This document shows positions 23,847 through 34,392 of a DNA stretch of 64,000 nt, piece after piece; positions within the stretch are counted from its first letter, which is position 1, and every line of letters starts with the position of its first letter. Under the pieces are notes generated by a model. That model did no database searches. It was not told the DNA's origin and was given only the letters and a program-made list of their open reading frames with translations. This DNA is from Haliotis rubra (lineage: Eukaryota), in contig NW_025765592.1 in the NCBI RefSeq assembly GCF_003918875.1, forward strand, positions 310,001 to 374,000, in the 5' to 3' direction. The position numbers and the translations under genes are program-made.

Positions 23847-24019
23847 NNNNNNNNNNNNNNNNNNNNNNNNNNNNNNNNNNNNNNNNNNNNNNNNNNNNNN
23901 NNNNNNNNNNNNNNNNNNNNNNNNNNNNNNNNNNNNNNNNNNNNNNNNNNNNNNNNNNNNNNNNNNNNNNNNNNNNNNNNNNNNNNNNNNNNNNNNNNNN
24001 NNNNNNNNNNNNNNNNNNN
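23847..24019. other. Run of 173 N (assembly gap or masked sequence) in intron 1 of gene C
   Basis: Ns in the sequence, with the same left flank as the N run at 51011-51173. Confidence 0.99.
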
Positions 24020-24499
24020 TAATGATGTCTATTTTTTGTCTTGATTCCAAGTTAACCCACAAATCTGTACGCGATGGAATTTATGGTGAGACCACCAAAA
24101 ACAAAACAAAGATATATCAATGTGTTATATATGTTAAGTTTGGAATTGTGTTGAACTAGGCTTCCAAATAAATACTGCAATGGATGTACACAATAGAGTG
24201 GCAGTACGATGGATATATATCACGGCAGACATAGCAGTAAAGTCAGTGATAAATAACATTACCTCATCAGCAACAGTGGACAAGTTTACAAAATACACGC
24301 TTCCTGATTAGCCAGGGTCTAACGATGATGTGCACAGAATGCGAGACACCATTACCCTTTGGACAATATTTTCGGAAACAGTTTGATGCAATAATAACAT
24401 TGTTTCCCCGCCAGCACACAAATATTACAACATTTTGACTTGTACTTATTATTATCACAAAAGAAAGTAAATGAACTTGTTTAGTTATATTCTTTCAGA

Positions 24500-27031
24500 A
24501 TGGCAGCAGCAATGAAAATTGCGCTTGTTACGCTAGTGGCGGTCTTGCATATTGCAAAAACACAGAAAGTGTCAACTGAAGATGGCCCACTTCTTGGACA
24601 ACGTCTGTCACTGTTGGGCAAGTCCCTTGACGTATTCTATGGAATCCCATATGCCAAGCCTCCTGTAGGTGATCTCCGCTTCAAGCACCCCCAACCTTCA
24701 GAGTCATGGGGACCGGATGTTAGAGATGCACAGAAACCAACGCCATCTTGCATTCAACCTGAAGATGTATTCACATCTCCAGAGGTTTACAGACAGGTCC
24801 CGGATGATACCAGTGAAGACTGCCTTCATCTTACAGTGTGGGCGCCATCAGACAATGCTGGCAATCTGGCAGTGATGGTCTGGATCTACGGGGGAGGTTT
24901 CTATTTTGGATCTTCACGAATGCCACTATATGAAGGAAAATATCTGGCAGCAGAAAATGACATCATCGTTGTTTCAATGAATTACAGACTGGGGCCATTA
25001 GGGTTCAGCTATCTGGGGCCAGATACCATCCCTGGAAACATGGGCTTGATGGATCAACGACTTGCCTTACAGTGGGTGAAAGACAACATTGCCAACTTTG
25101 GTGGAGATCCGTCTCGGGTGACAATATTTGGAGAAAGTGCTGGTGGTGTCAGCGTAGGACACCACCTGGTGTCACCATTGTCACGTGACTTATTTCAGAG
25201 AGCCATCATGCAGAGCGGATCCCCGAATTTCCCATGGGCTTACACTTTTCCACACACAGCAAAACGGAAATTGAAGCAGTTTGCTGATCTCCTTGGATGC
25301 CCGTCATCTTCAACTGATGCAGAGATCTATGACTGTGTAAAGAAAGCAGATGCTCAAACTATGGCAGACCTTCAGCTTAGTGATTTGTTAGATGAAGGAC
25401 TTGCATTTGGTCCAGTTGTGGATGGGCACTTCCTCCCCAATGACCCCCAAACTCTTCTGACCACCGGTTCCAACAAGCAGGCTAGTGTAATGCATGGTTT
25501 TACTAAAGACGAGTTAACATTGTCTATAGCAGTTGCTTTGAAGCAGATGAGAAACATATCTTCATTACCGGAAACATTGATTTTAAGCCGCACAGAGTAT
25601 GAAAGTTTTCTTTCCTATGATAGAATAGGTGGTAAAGGATTTGAAGAGCCTCTTCGCCTCTTTTATGAAAGTCAAACATCCCCTCTTAGGGACACTCACT
25701 ATTTGGATGTCATGACTCGCATGATGTCAGATAGGGATTTCAAGTGTCCTCATCTTGAGTTTGACAGATTGTACTCTCCTGCCAACCCTACCTACGTGTA
25801 CAGTTTTAATCACCGACTATCAGTTAGTCCGTATCCAAAGTGGATAGGAGCAACCCATTGGTATGATGTTGAGTTTGTGTTTGGTTTGGTCCTGGAAAAG
25901 TATCTGGGATGTACAGAGGAGGAGATGGAACTCAGCAGGACCATCATGACCTATTGGACCAACTTTGCCAAGTCAGGGTGAGTAATAGAGTGCAATTGAG
26001 AGTGTGAGTGAGTGGCGAGTGATAGTGTGAGTTGGACAGAGTAAGTGAAAAATCGAGTCATGGAATTACGCAGGTTAATAGTCTCGGAACAGATGAGCGA
26101 GTGAGTGAGAGATCCCTCACTCGGTCTTATATTGTTCTTTTACATGTTCAAACAATTTCACCTCAGATAAAAATTGATTCCCATTTCCAAACAGATCGAT
26201 TTGTATTGTTTTCTTGAAGCTTTCATATCTTTATACAGTAACCCGAACACTCCTGTCCCCGTCAAGGTGAACTGGCCAACCTCTGACAACACTGATCTCT
26301 CCTACATGGCTCTTGACGTGGGCAGCAACTTAGCAGCGGGACACGGGGTAGTCCACCACGAATGTGTCTTCATCAACAGGATTCTACCCATGATTTCTAA
26401 AGGTAATGTGTTGTTATGATGGGATGTCGCTTGTTGCAATTACACATATTTGAATGTAGCTGTGTCTAAAACACTCAAAAACAGATCGATATGTCAAAGG
26501 AAGCATAGTTTTGTCTTTCCATTCCAAGTCAAGTCTCTCTTGGCTTCCATACGATTTTCCAAACACCAGTAAAATATGTGCCTCCTCCTTGGTCATGGTT
26601 TGACAATGACTTCTTAATGCGAAATCATGGAAAATGCGTATTACCCCACATCAATAATGGCTGTGGTTTTAACCAAAGGCAATTACAGACACAAAGAATA
26701 CCCAGCGTATCAGGTGCTATACAGTGACGTAATGTATATGGAAAACAACCATAGAACATGTGTAACGAGGAAGACTTCAACTATTGCCAATTGCGTTCAG
26801 GACTTCTCCCAGATTTAATTATTTGCTTGTCGTCATCGTATCCAGCTCCCTGATTTCATTAAAGCTGTGAATGTCTGGAACCCACATCACGTTGTGTTTG
26901 CCAACCAGTTAAGAACACGCCCACTCGTGTCTGTCTTGCTGTAGTGTTGCTGGAGCAGCCAGGGAAGTTATGAATCATATTGTTGTGTTTCAGACCCACC
27001 GGAAGGGCAGGACTACTGCACCAAAGGATGA
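24500..27031 (+). CDS. Cholinesterase-like paralog C (exons 24500-25977, 26239-26402, 26994-27031; intact)
   Basis: 493-aa exon-2 ORF with WIYGGGF, GESAG, GFTKDE and ATHWYD; tail DPPEGQDYCTKG*. Confidence 0.92.
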
Positions 27032-27280
27032 CAACATCTTAATAATCGGACCTGAGTATAAAATATAAATACACGATTAAAATTCAGGTTTAATGTTGTT
27101 TTGATGTTTATTAGTTATATGGCTTGCTGCCATGTAGATCTATCAATGACGTCATTGAATAAATATTTGGCCTATGTTCTGTTGTTCAGTATTTAATCTA
27201 TTTAAGCATGCTGTGTCCTGCAAGGCCAAGAACCTAACAAACACACACATCACGTTGCAATTCACAATATATACTGAACA

Positions 27281-28050
27281 GGAACCCAACGAACCCAAGG
27301 AACCCAAGGAACCCAAGATACCCAAGGAACCCAAGAAATCAAAGGAACCCAAGGAACCCAAGATACCCAAGGAACCCAAGAAATCAAAGGAACCCAAGGA
27401 ACCCAAGATACCCAAGGAACCCAAGATACCCAAGGAACCCAAGGTACAATAGGAACCCAAAGTACCCAAGGTACCCAAGGAACCCAAGGAACCCAAGATA
27501 CCCAAGGAACCCAAAGTACCCAAGGAACCCAAGGAACCCAAGGTACAATAGGAACCCAAAGTACCCAAGGAACCCAAGGAACCCAAGGAACCCAAGATAC
27601 CCAAGATACCCAAGGTACCCAAGGAACCCAAGATAACCAAGGAACCCAAGGTACAATAGGAACCCAAAGTACCCAAGGTACCCAAGGAACCCAAGGAACC
27701 CAAGGAACCCAAGATAACCAAGGAACCCAAGGTACAATAGGAACCCAAAGTACCCAAGGTACCCAAGGAACCCAAGGAACCCAAGGAACCCAAGGAACCC
27801 AAGATAACCAAGGAACCCAAGGTACAATAGGAACCCAAGATAACCAGGGAACCTAAGGTACAATAGGAACCCAAAGTACCCAAGGAACCCAAGGAACCCA
27901 AGGAACCCAAGATAACCAAGGAACCCAAGGTACCCAAGGAACCCAAGATAACCAAGGAACCCAAGGTACAATAGGAACCCAAAGTACCCAAGGAACCCAA
28001 AGTACCCAAGGTACCCAAGGAACCCAAGGAACCCAAGGAACACAAGGAAC
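27281..28050. repeat. 9-bp (GGAACCCAA)n minisatellite with variant units
   Basis: ~85 units with variants GATACCCAA, AGTACCCAA, GGTACAATA and GATAACCAA. Confidence 0.95.
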
Positions 28051-28326
28051 ACATTGTGACGACTGCCAGCATGGTGATGCCTACTACCATTCTTACCTCG
28101 TTCATAACCAGCTGCCAAAAGGAAGTTGAAGTCAAAGAACCAATAGACATCCACATGACGTGACAATGCACGATATTCTGAAAATCTGAGAAACACATTC
28201 AAAATAGAGATTTCCTCTATTGTCAGATTGTCAGTGATGCTTTCTAACATTCGTCCATCTTTCCTGGTGATCCCCTTAAGGGTTGGTGGACAGTCAACGT
28301 CAAGACGTGTATGATGTTACCTTTGA

Positions 28327-28683
28327 GGTGAGGTGAGGTGAACTTGTGTTTAACGTCGTACTTGAGCATATTTCGCTCATATGACGACGTGCATGCGTGT
28401 GTATGTGTATGTGCGGCTGCTTGTACTAGCCCAGACTGAAGCTGGTTTTATAGTGCTAGCCCACTGAGATACCATGCCGCAGTGAAGCATGAATACCCCA
28501 CTCAGACACATTATACTGACTCCGAGCCGACCAGTCCTTGTTGTACCCATTAATGCCGAGCGCCAGGCAGGGACCAACAAGTACCATATTTTAACGTCTT
28601 TTGGTATGACGCGATCGGGGATCGAACCCGCGACCTTCCGCTCTCCGGGCGGACGCTCTAATCACTACACCACGGAGGCGGTC
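28327..28683 (-). mobile_element. tRNA-headed SINE with a conserved central domain (duplicate at ~56211-56566)
   Basis: Minus strand reads GTGGTGTAGTGATTAGAGC (A box) ... GGTTCGATCCC (B box), with a (CACCT)n tail and an imperfect TSD gat(g/a)ttaccttt(t)ga. Confidence 0.8.
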
Positions 28684-28983
28684 GATATTACCTTTTGATG
28701 CAGATAAAGCACTTAATGGGAGATCTACACACTGACCTCTGGTGTCAACTTAGCAACAACTTCTCCTTTGAATGTTTGTAGTTTCATTATTTAGCAACAC
28801 AAAAAGGGGTGGGGGTGGGGGTGGGTGGGTGGTAAAATGTCGTATTTCAATACTTCAGGAATCTCCCTGGTTGTGAACATCATAAAGTGAGTGTGAGGTT
28901 TGTCATAGAGGCTTTATTATACACCTGCAGCACTCTGGCCTTCCCTCCTGTGACGTAAATACACAAATACAAAACAATCAAAC

Positions 28984-29185
28984 CTCACTCACTCACCCCC
29001 CCACTATCCACCTGCTCACTCACTCACTCACTCATTGCCTCACCCACTCACTCACTGACCCACACATCCATCCACCGGCTCACTCACTCACTCACTCATT
29101 GCCTCACCCGCTCACTCCTGACCCACACATCCATCCATCCCGGCTCACTCACTCACTCCTCCTCACTCAAACCCACTCACTCACT
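28984..29185. repeat. (TCAC)n/(CCAT)n compound simple repeat
   Basis: Visible tetranucleotide runs; similar runs near 12587-12665 and 29424-29477. Confidence 0.8.
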
Positions 29186-30255
29186 GTTAAGTGTGAAAGA
29201 GGCTGTTATGGAATGCCTGTATTGTGAACTGTATTGCGATATGCAGGGAGGTCAAGGTCAGAATGGTCAGTCAAATATATTTCACTTTTGATTTTGGATT
29301 AAGATATACAAATGATAACAAAACCTCTGCTGGTTTCTCAATATACCCTGTACATACTGAAAACCTGTTTCCAAACCTCTTGTTTGAAAAGTGTATTGCA
29401 GTATACCACTGACTCAAACCCAGTCACTCACTCACTCACTCACTCAAACTCACTCACTCACTTACTCACTCACTCATTCCATGGCCAAAGTCCCCCTGTG
29501 TCTACTTTACACATGTCGTAATCAGGCTGGCGGTCTCGCTGGATGACTTGCAGATTCTCCACCTGAAGCTTCGCCCAACAACCAAGTTCATATTAACTCA
29601 CCTGCCCCGATTTAGGAGTCAGTGCAAAACTATAACTGTACATGTCACGGAAATCAGGTCATCGTGTGAGATATCACCGGTGAACAGCGCCTCAACGTGT
29701 ACACACTTTTTGCACTATCCAGAGAACACTCATCAAGTCAGGTGCAAGATAAGTGTGTCACGAAAATAACATTCTGTTGATCACGAAATACCACTGAAGC
29801 ATACAATAGCCCGAAATATAGACAATGCTGTTTTGATGGTGTGACTACAGACGACAAGAGTTTATCTTTGAGAGCAGAGGCTGCATTAGTCTGTCTCACA
29901 GTCCCTGAACCACATTATTTTCCCCAATGCTTAGCCCTCCCTGCAATGCTGAAGCCCTAAATGAAGCAAGTCAAGATTTCCTCAGGTTCAGCCTGAATCT
30001 CTGGTCTCCCTGGGGCTCCTTTTCAATTTAAATGGGTTTATTTGCTACTATCAAAGTTATATGTATTCAGGGACTAAACGTTAGTCTAAGGCTGCATATG
30101 CTTTCATACAAATACGCCGTTCAATACCCTTCACTAACCGAGGGATCTGAATAAAAAATAAAATAATAATAATAATAATAATAAAAAATAAATTAAATAA
30201 ATCCAAATAGGATTGCCAGTCACCAACATTCATGCTGTTTACACACGTGTCTATA

Positions 30256-31467
30256 ATACTACTGCAGTGTCCTCCCTGTGTGATAAAACAACGACATTTC
30301 AGTTGTACAGGAAATACTACTGCAGTGTCCTCCCTGTGTGATAAAACAACGACATTCAGTTGTACAGGAAATACTACTGCAGTGTCCTCTCTGTGTGATA
30401 AAACAACGACATTTCAGTTGTACAGGAAATAGTACTGCAGTGTCCTCCCTGTGTGATAAAACAACGACATTCAGTTGTACAGGAAATACTACTGCAGTGT
30501 CCTCCCTGTGTGATAAAACAACGACATTCAGTTGTACAGGAAATAGTACTGCAGTGTCTTCCATGTGTGATAAAACAACGACATTCAGTTGTACAGGAAA
30601 TACTACTGCAGTGTCCTCCCTGTGTGATAAAACAACGACATTCAGTTGTACAGGAAATAGTACTGCAGTGTCCTCCCTGTGTGATAAAACAACGACATTT
30701 CAGTTGTACAGGAAATAGTACTGCAGTGTCCTCCCTGTGTGATAAAACAACGACATTCAGTTGTACAGGAAATAGTACTGCAGTGTCCTCCCTGTGTGAT
30801 AAAACAACGACATTCAGTTGTACAGGAAATAGTACTGCAGTGTCTTCCATGTGTGATAAAACAACGACATTCAGTTGTACAGGAAATACTACTGCAGTGT
30901 CTTCCATGTGTGATAAAACAACGACATTTCAGTTGTACAGGAAATACTACTGCAGTGTCTTCCATGTGTGATAAAACAACGACATTCAGTTGTACAGGAA
31001 ATACTACTGCAGTGTCCTCCCTGTGTGATAAAACAACGACATTCAGTTGTACAGGAAATACTACTGCAGTGTCTTCCATGTGTGATAAAACAACGACATT
31101 CAGTTGTACAGGAAATACTACTGCAGTGTCTTCCATGTGTGATAAAACAACGACATTCAGTTGTACAGGAAATACTACTGCAGTGTCTTCCATGTGTGAT
31201 AAAACAACGACATTCAGTTGTACAGGAAATACTACTGCAGTGTCCTCCCTGTGTGATAAAACAACGACATTTCAGTTGTACAGGAAATACTACTGCAGTG
31301 TCTTCCATGTGTGATAAAACAACGACATTCAGTTGTACAGGAAATACTACTGCAGTGTCCTCCCTGTGTGATAAAACAACGACATTTCAGTTGTACAGGA
31401 AATAGTACTGCAGTGTCTTCCATGTGTGATGAAACAACGACATTCAGTTGTACAGGAAATACTACTA
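30256..31467. repeat. 57/58-bp minisatellite, ~21 copies (only 2 copies at 58138-58260)
   Basis: Unit tactactgcagtgtcctccctgtgtgataaaacaacgacattcagttgtacaggaaa. Confidence 0.95.
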
Positions 31468-31652
31468 AAGCATAAGGTTGTCCGACATGAATAACGGATG
31501 ACAGTGTTTCTACTCTGGACTATAACAGCTGATCCGAATATGGTTGCATACAAATAGGCCAGTAAACAGCCAACTCTCGTTCAGAGAACTACATATTCCC
31601 GCGAATTTACTTCAATTGTCTGTGTTCGTTACCTGGCCGAACGTTCCTCTGA

Positions 31653-31890
31653 AATGGGTACCAGTAAGGACAAGATGGTCGGATGTACATTAGTGCATTC
31701 AGTAATGAATGGGTACCAGTAAGGACAAGATGGTCGGATGTACATTAGTGCATTCAGTAATGAATGGGTACCAGTAAGGACAAGATGGTCGGATGTACAT
31801 TAGTGCATTCAGTAATGAATAGGTACCAGTAAGGACAAGATGGTCGGATGTACATTAGTGCAGTCAGTAATGAATGGATACCAGTAAGGA
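31653..31890. repeat. 55-bp tandem repeat, ~4 copies (duplicate at ~58446-58683)
   Basis: Unit aatgggtaccagtaaggacaagatggtcggatgtacattagtgcattcagtaatg. Confidence 0.92.
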
Positions 31891-32298
31891 GGGCGATGTG
31901 ACTGTGAACGTTATCGCGCCTCACTGGCAGTATGAACTGCAGAGGAAGCCCAGGAATGGAAATAGAGGGCGCGTCCATTAACCGGGTTCTTAACTTGCCT
32001 TAGGGTTTAAATTTGGGTAATTTAAATGTGAAAATTGTTGACGATAATACATGTGTATGCATTATTTGTAGCAAATATTTCAGGCGTAATGCCTGACAAA
32101 CAAATCCAATGTATACAGTACATATATCTTAGCGTCAGCTATCATACTGCAAATTTAATGTTTTAGAGTCAACATTCAAACACTCATTGTAGCTTTCAAA
32201 AAGAATTTTAATACATGTGCAGGAAATTTCCAAACTAGACGTATCAATGACAACATTTCGTCTTATTTTGTAGTCTCCATTTCACAGTTAAAACATCC

Positions 32299-33842
32299 TA
32301 CTGAGTCTAGTAGAAGGTCACGTTTGGGCGACCTATGGCCGTTCAATCAAACGCGAGACGGCCGAACGGACTTAACCAATCAGACAACGACTACTTGTTA
32401 GGGTTCGGCGGGACTTACAAAACGCTTTTGGTACTTTCTCTTCCCTGGTCGCTGACACGGGGTGTTCCTCTTTTGCCAGTCGGGCAAGTTGTTTATTTAG
32501 GGATTAAAGAGGATCACCAGACCATGTTAATTAGCAAGACAATGATGGGGGATGACTGAGGAGATGACCAAGCCAAGAAAGAGGGCTATCATTTGTATTT
32601 TTATGTTCAGCATACATAAATGACCCAGAAAACGAAAATACAGAGAACTTAACGATAGACTACAGACAGAAAAAGACCATCTTCAAGCAGGAACTAAGAC
32701 CATGTTAGAATATGGAGATGCTGTTTCTCATCTTGTTGGGCTTTAAAGTCAATTGTGTATGAACCATCATTGTGGACATTGATGATGTATGATTGTGATT
32801 GTGATTAGTACCTTATCAATTTCTTATATTTACGCAGTTACATAATGATAAACATTGTGTACAGTTATGTATGTTATGTGTTACGTATGATTGTGATTAG
32901 TAATTTATCAATTTAGGTATGCGAACACAAAAATACAAATGATAGTCCACTTGTGTCACTTGTGTAAATGGCCTATGGTCTGTTCTCACTGTATCCTTGA
33001 GGACGACAAGGAAATGGTCTCTGTAGCTTGTGACCAAGTCGTCCCTGGTGCTAATCGTTGCTCAACAAGAAGGATACCAACATCTCCAATGTGTTGTATC
33101 ACGCTTGCTAGTCATAATTCGAAACTTATATCCCTGATACACTAAATGTCTGCCACCTCGACCATTTGGAACAAACTGAACGTTCACCAAAGCATTTGCC
33201 ATCATGGGATAAAGTGAACACTTGTCATAACATGGCACCTTATATACCTTACAGTAAAACAACATTGTTATTTATTGCTGTTCTAGATACATGGAGATGT
33301 ATGGGGAACATGGAGATGTATGGAGAACATGGAGATGTATGGAGAACAGCCATGTAATAACTGAACCAAAAATCATTCCCTCTACTAGTGAAGGCCGTGT
33401 GGGATTAGTTAAACAAACAAACCCAGTCAACCATGCCTCATAATCCTCTTACTCCTTAAATAAATAACTTGTCCGGATACCACCGCTGACACTGATCTAT
33501 CAACAAACGAAAATCCGCATAAAGCACAGATATATTTTTAACTGCTGTATATACGCTTATGGGTTTCTAATGACATGGTTACTATTTGCTCATATTTTCG
33601 CAAGATGACATCCTTTAATATTGACAAAAACGCTGTTATCTGCGACTGTTTACTCACTGTTTGTATCACTCTGAAGCGATCGTCGGAAAATAGCATTCGG
33701 AATCGTTCGAGTTTTTGAGGTAAAGGTTCAAACGGTATGTGCGAATGTTAACTTTCGTGATTTGGTAAGCTGTGTTCTGATTTGTCAGTCCAAAAGGTTA
33801 GCTGACGCGACCTTCTACTAGGTTTTGTTAGACTCAGTGTAG
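32299..33842. mobile_element. Degenerate TIR element with MULE-type fragments (FLYWCH zinc finger and transposase-like C-terminus); duplicate at ~59091-60640
   Basis: Inverted ends ctactgagtctagtagaaggtcacgt / acgcgaccttctactag...agactcagtgtag. Minus strand encodes FVPNGRGGRHLVYQGYKF...HWRCWYPSC (33062-33200). Plus strand encodes KRKYRELNDRL...MLEYGDAVSHLVGL* (32630-32746). Confidence 0.65.
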
Positions 33843-34392
33843 CAGTGTAACAATAATAAAGTTTACTAAGCCTGTTTAAAATTATACTTAAAAATTAAAA
33901 CAAATTACTGCAGAGCAATTGTTTGTATGTTGTTTAACGCCGCACTCAGCAATATTTTAGCTAGATTTCTGTAAATAATCGAGTCTGAAGCAAACATTCC
34001 TGTGTTAACATCATGCGCAAATGGGATACCAGCAAGCAAGTAAGCAAGCCTGACCCTCTGATCCGTTAGGCGCATCTTACGCTGCTGAAGACCAATTCTA
34101 ACCTGGATCTTCACAGATGCAGTGCAGCTGCTATGGAAGAACAGAGTAGAGTGGCTGAGATAGCTACAAAGTCAGCAATATATAGTCAGCGACGGTCATC
34201 TAATCTGTGTGAAATATCAGGGGTGATGAAGGTCAGAGAATGGTTCACTCCACTGTCCTCAAGTGACAATTATTAGAAACAACTACAACATATAACACTG
34301 ATTCTGTGATTATCTAAGAACATGAATTGAAAAGCAACAAAAGTTTATCTGTTAATGTATCTTAAAAAAAAGTTGTGTGTTTTCTTTTCAGA

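Noticed and set aside
23782-24159. ORFs spanning the N runs (also 50917-51324)
   Set aside because: Artefacts of undetermined bases.
27152-28250. 348-aa (LGS)n and 288-aa (LGF)n minus-strand ORFs, and equivalents at 54489-56081
   Set aside because: By-products of a stop-poor 9-bp repeat; frames are not conserved between the two blocks.
30232-31553. Cys-rich repetitive ORFs (FSCTGNTTAVSS..., CTTECRCF...)
   Set aside because: Translations of the 57/58-bp minisatellite with frame-breaking units; only two units exist in block 2.
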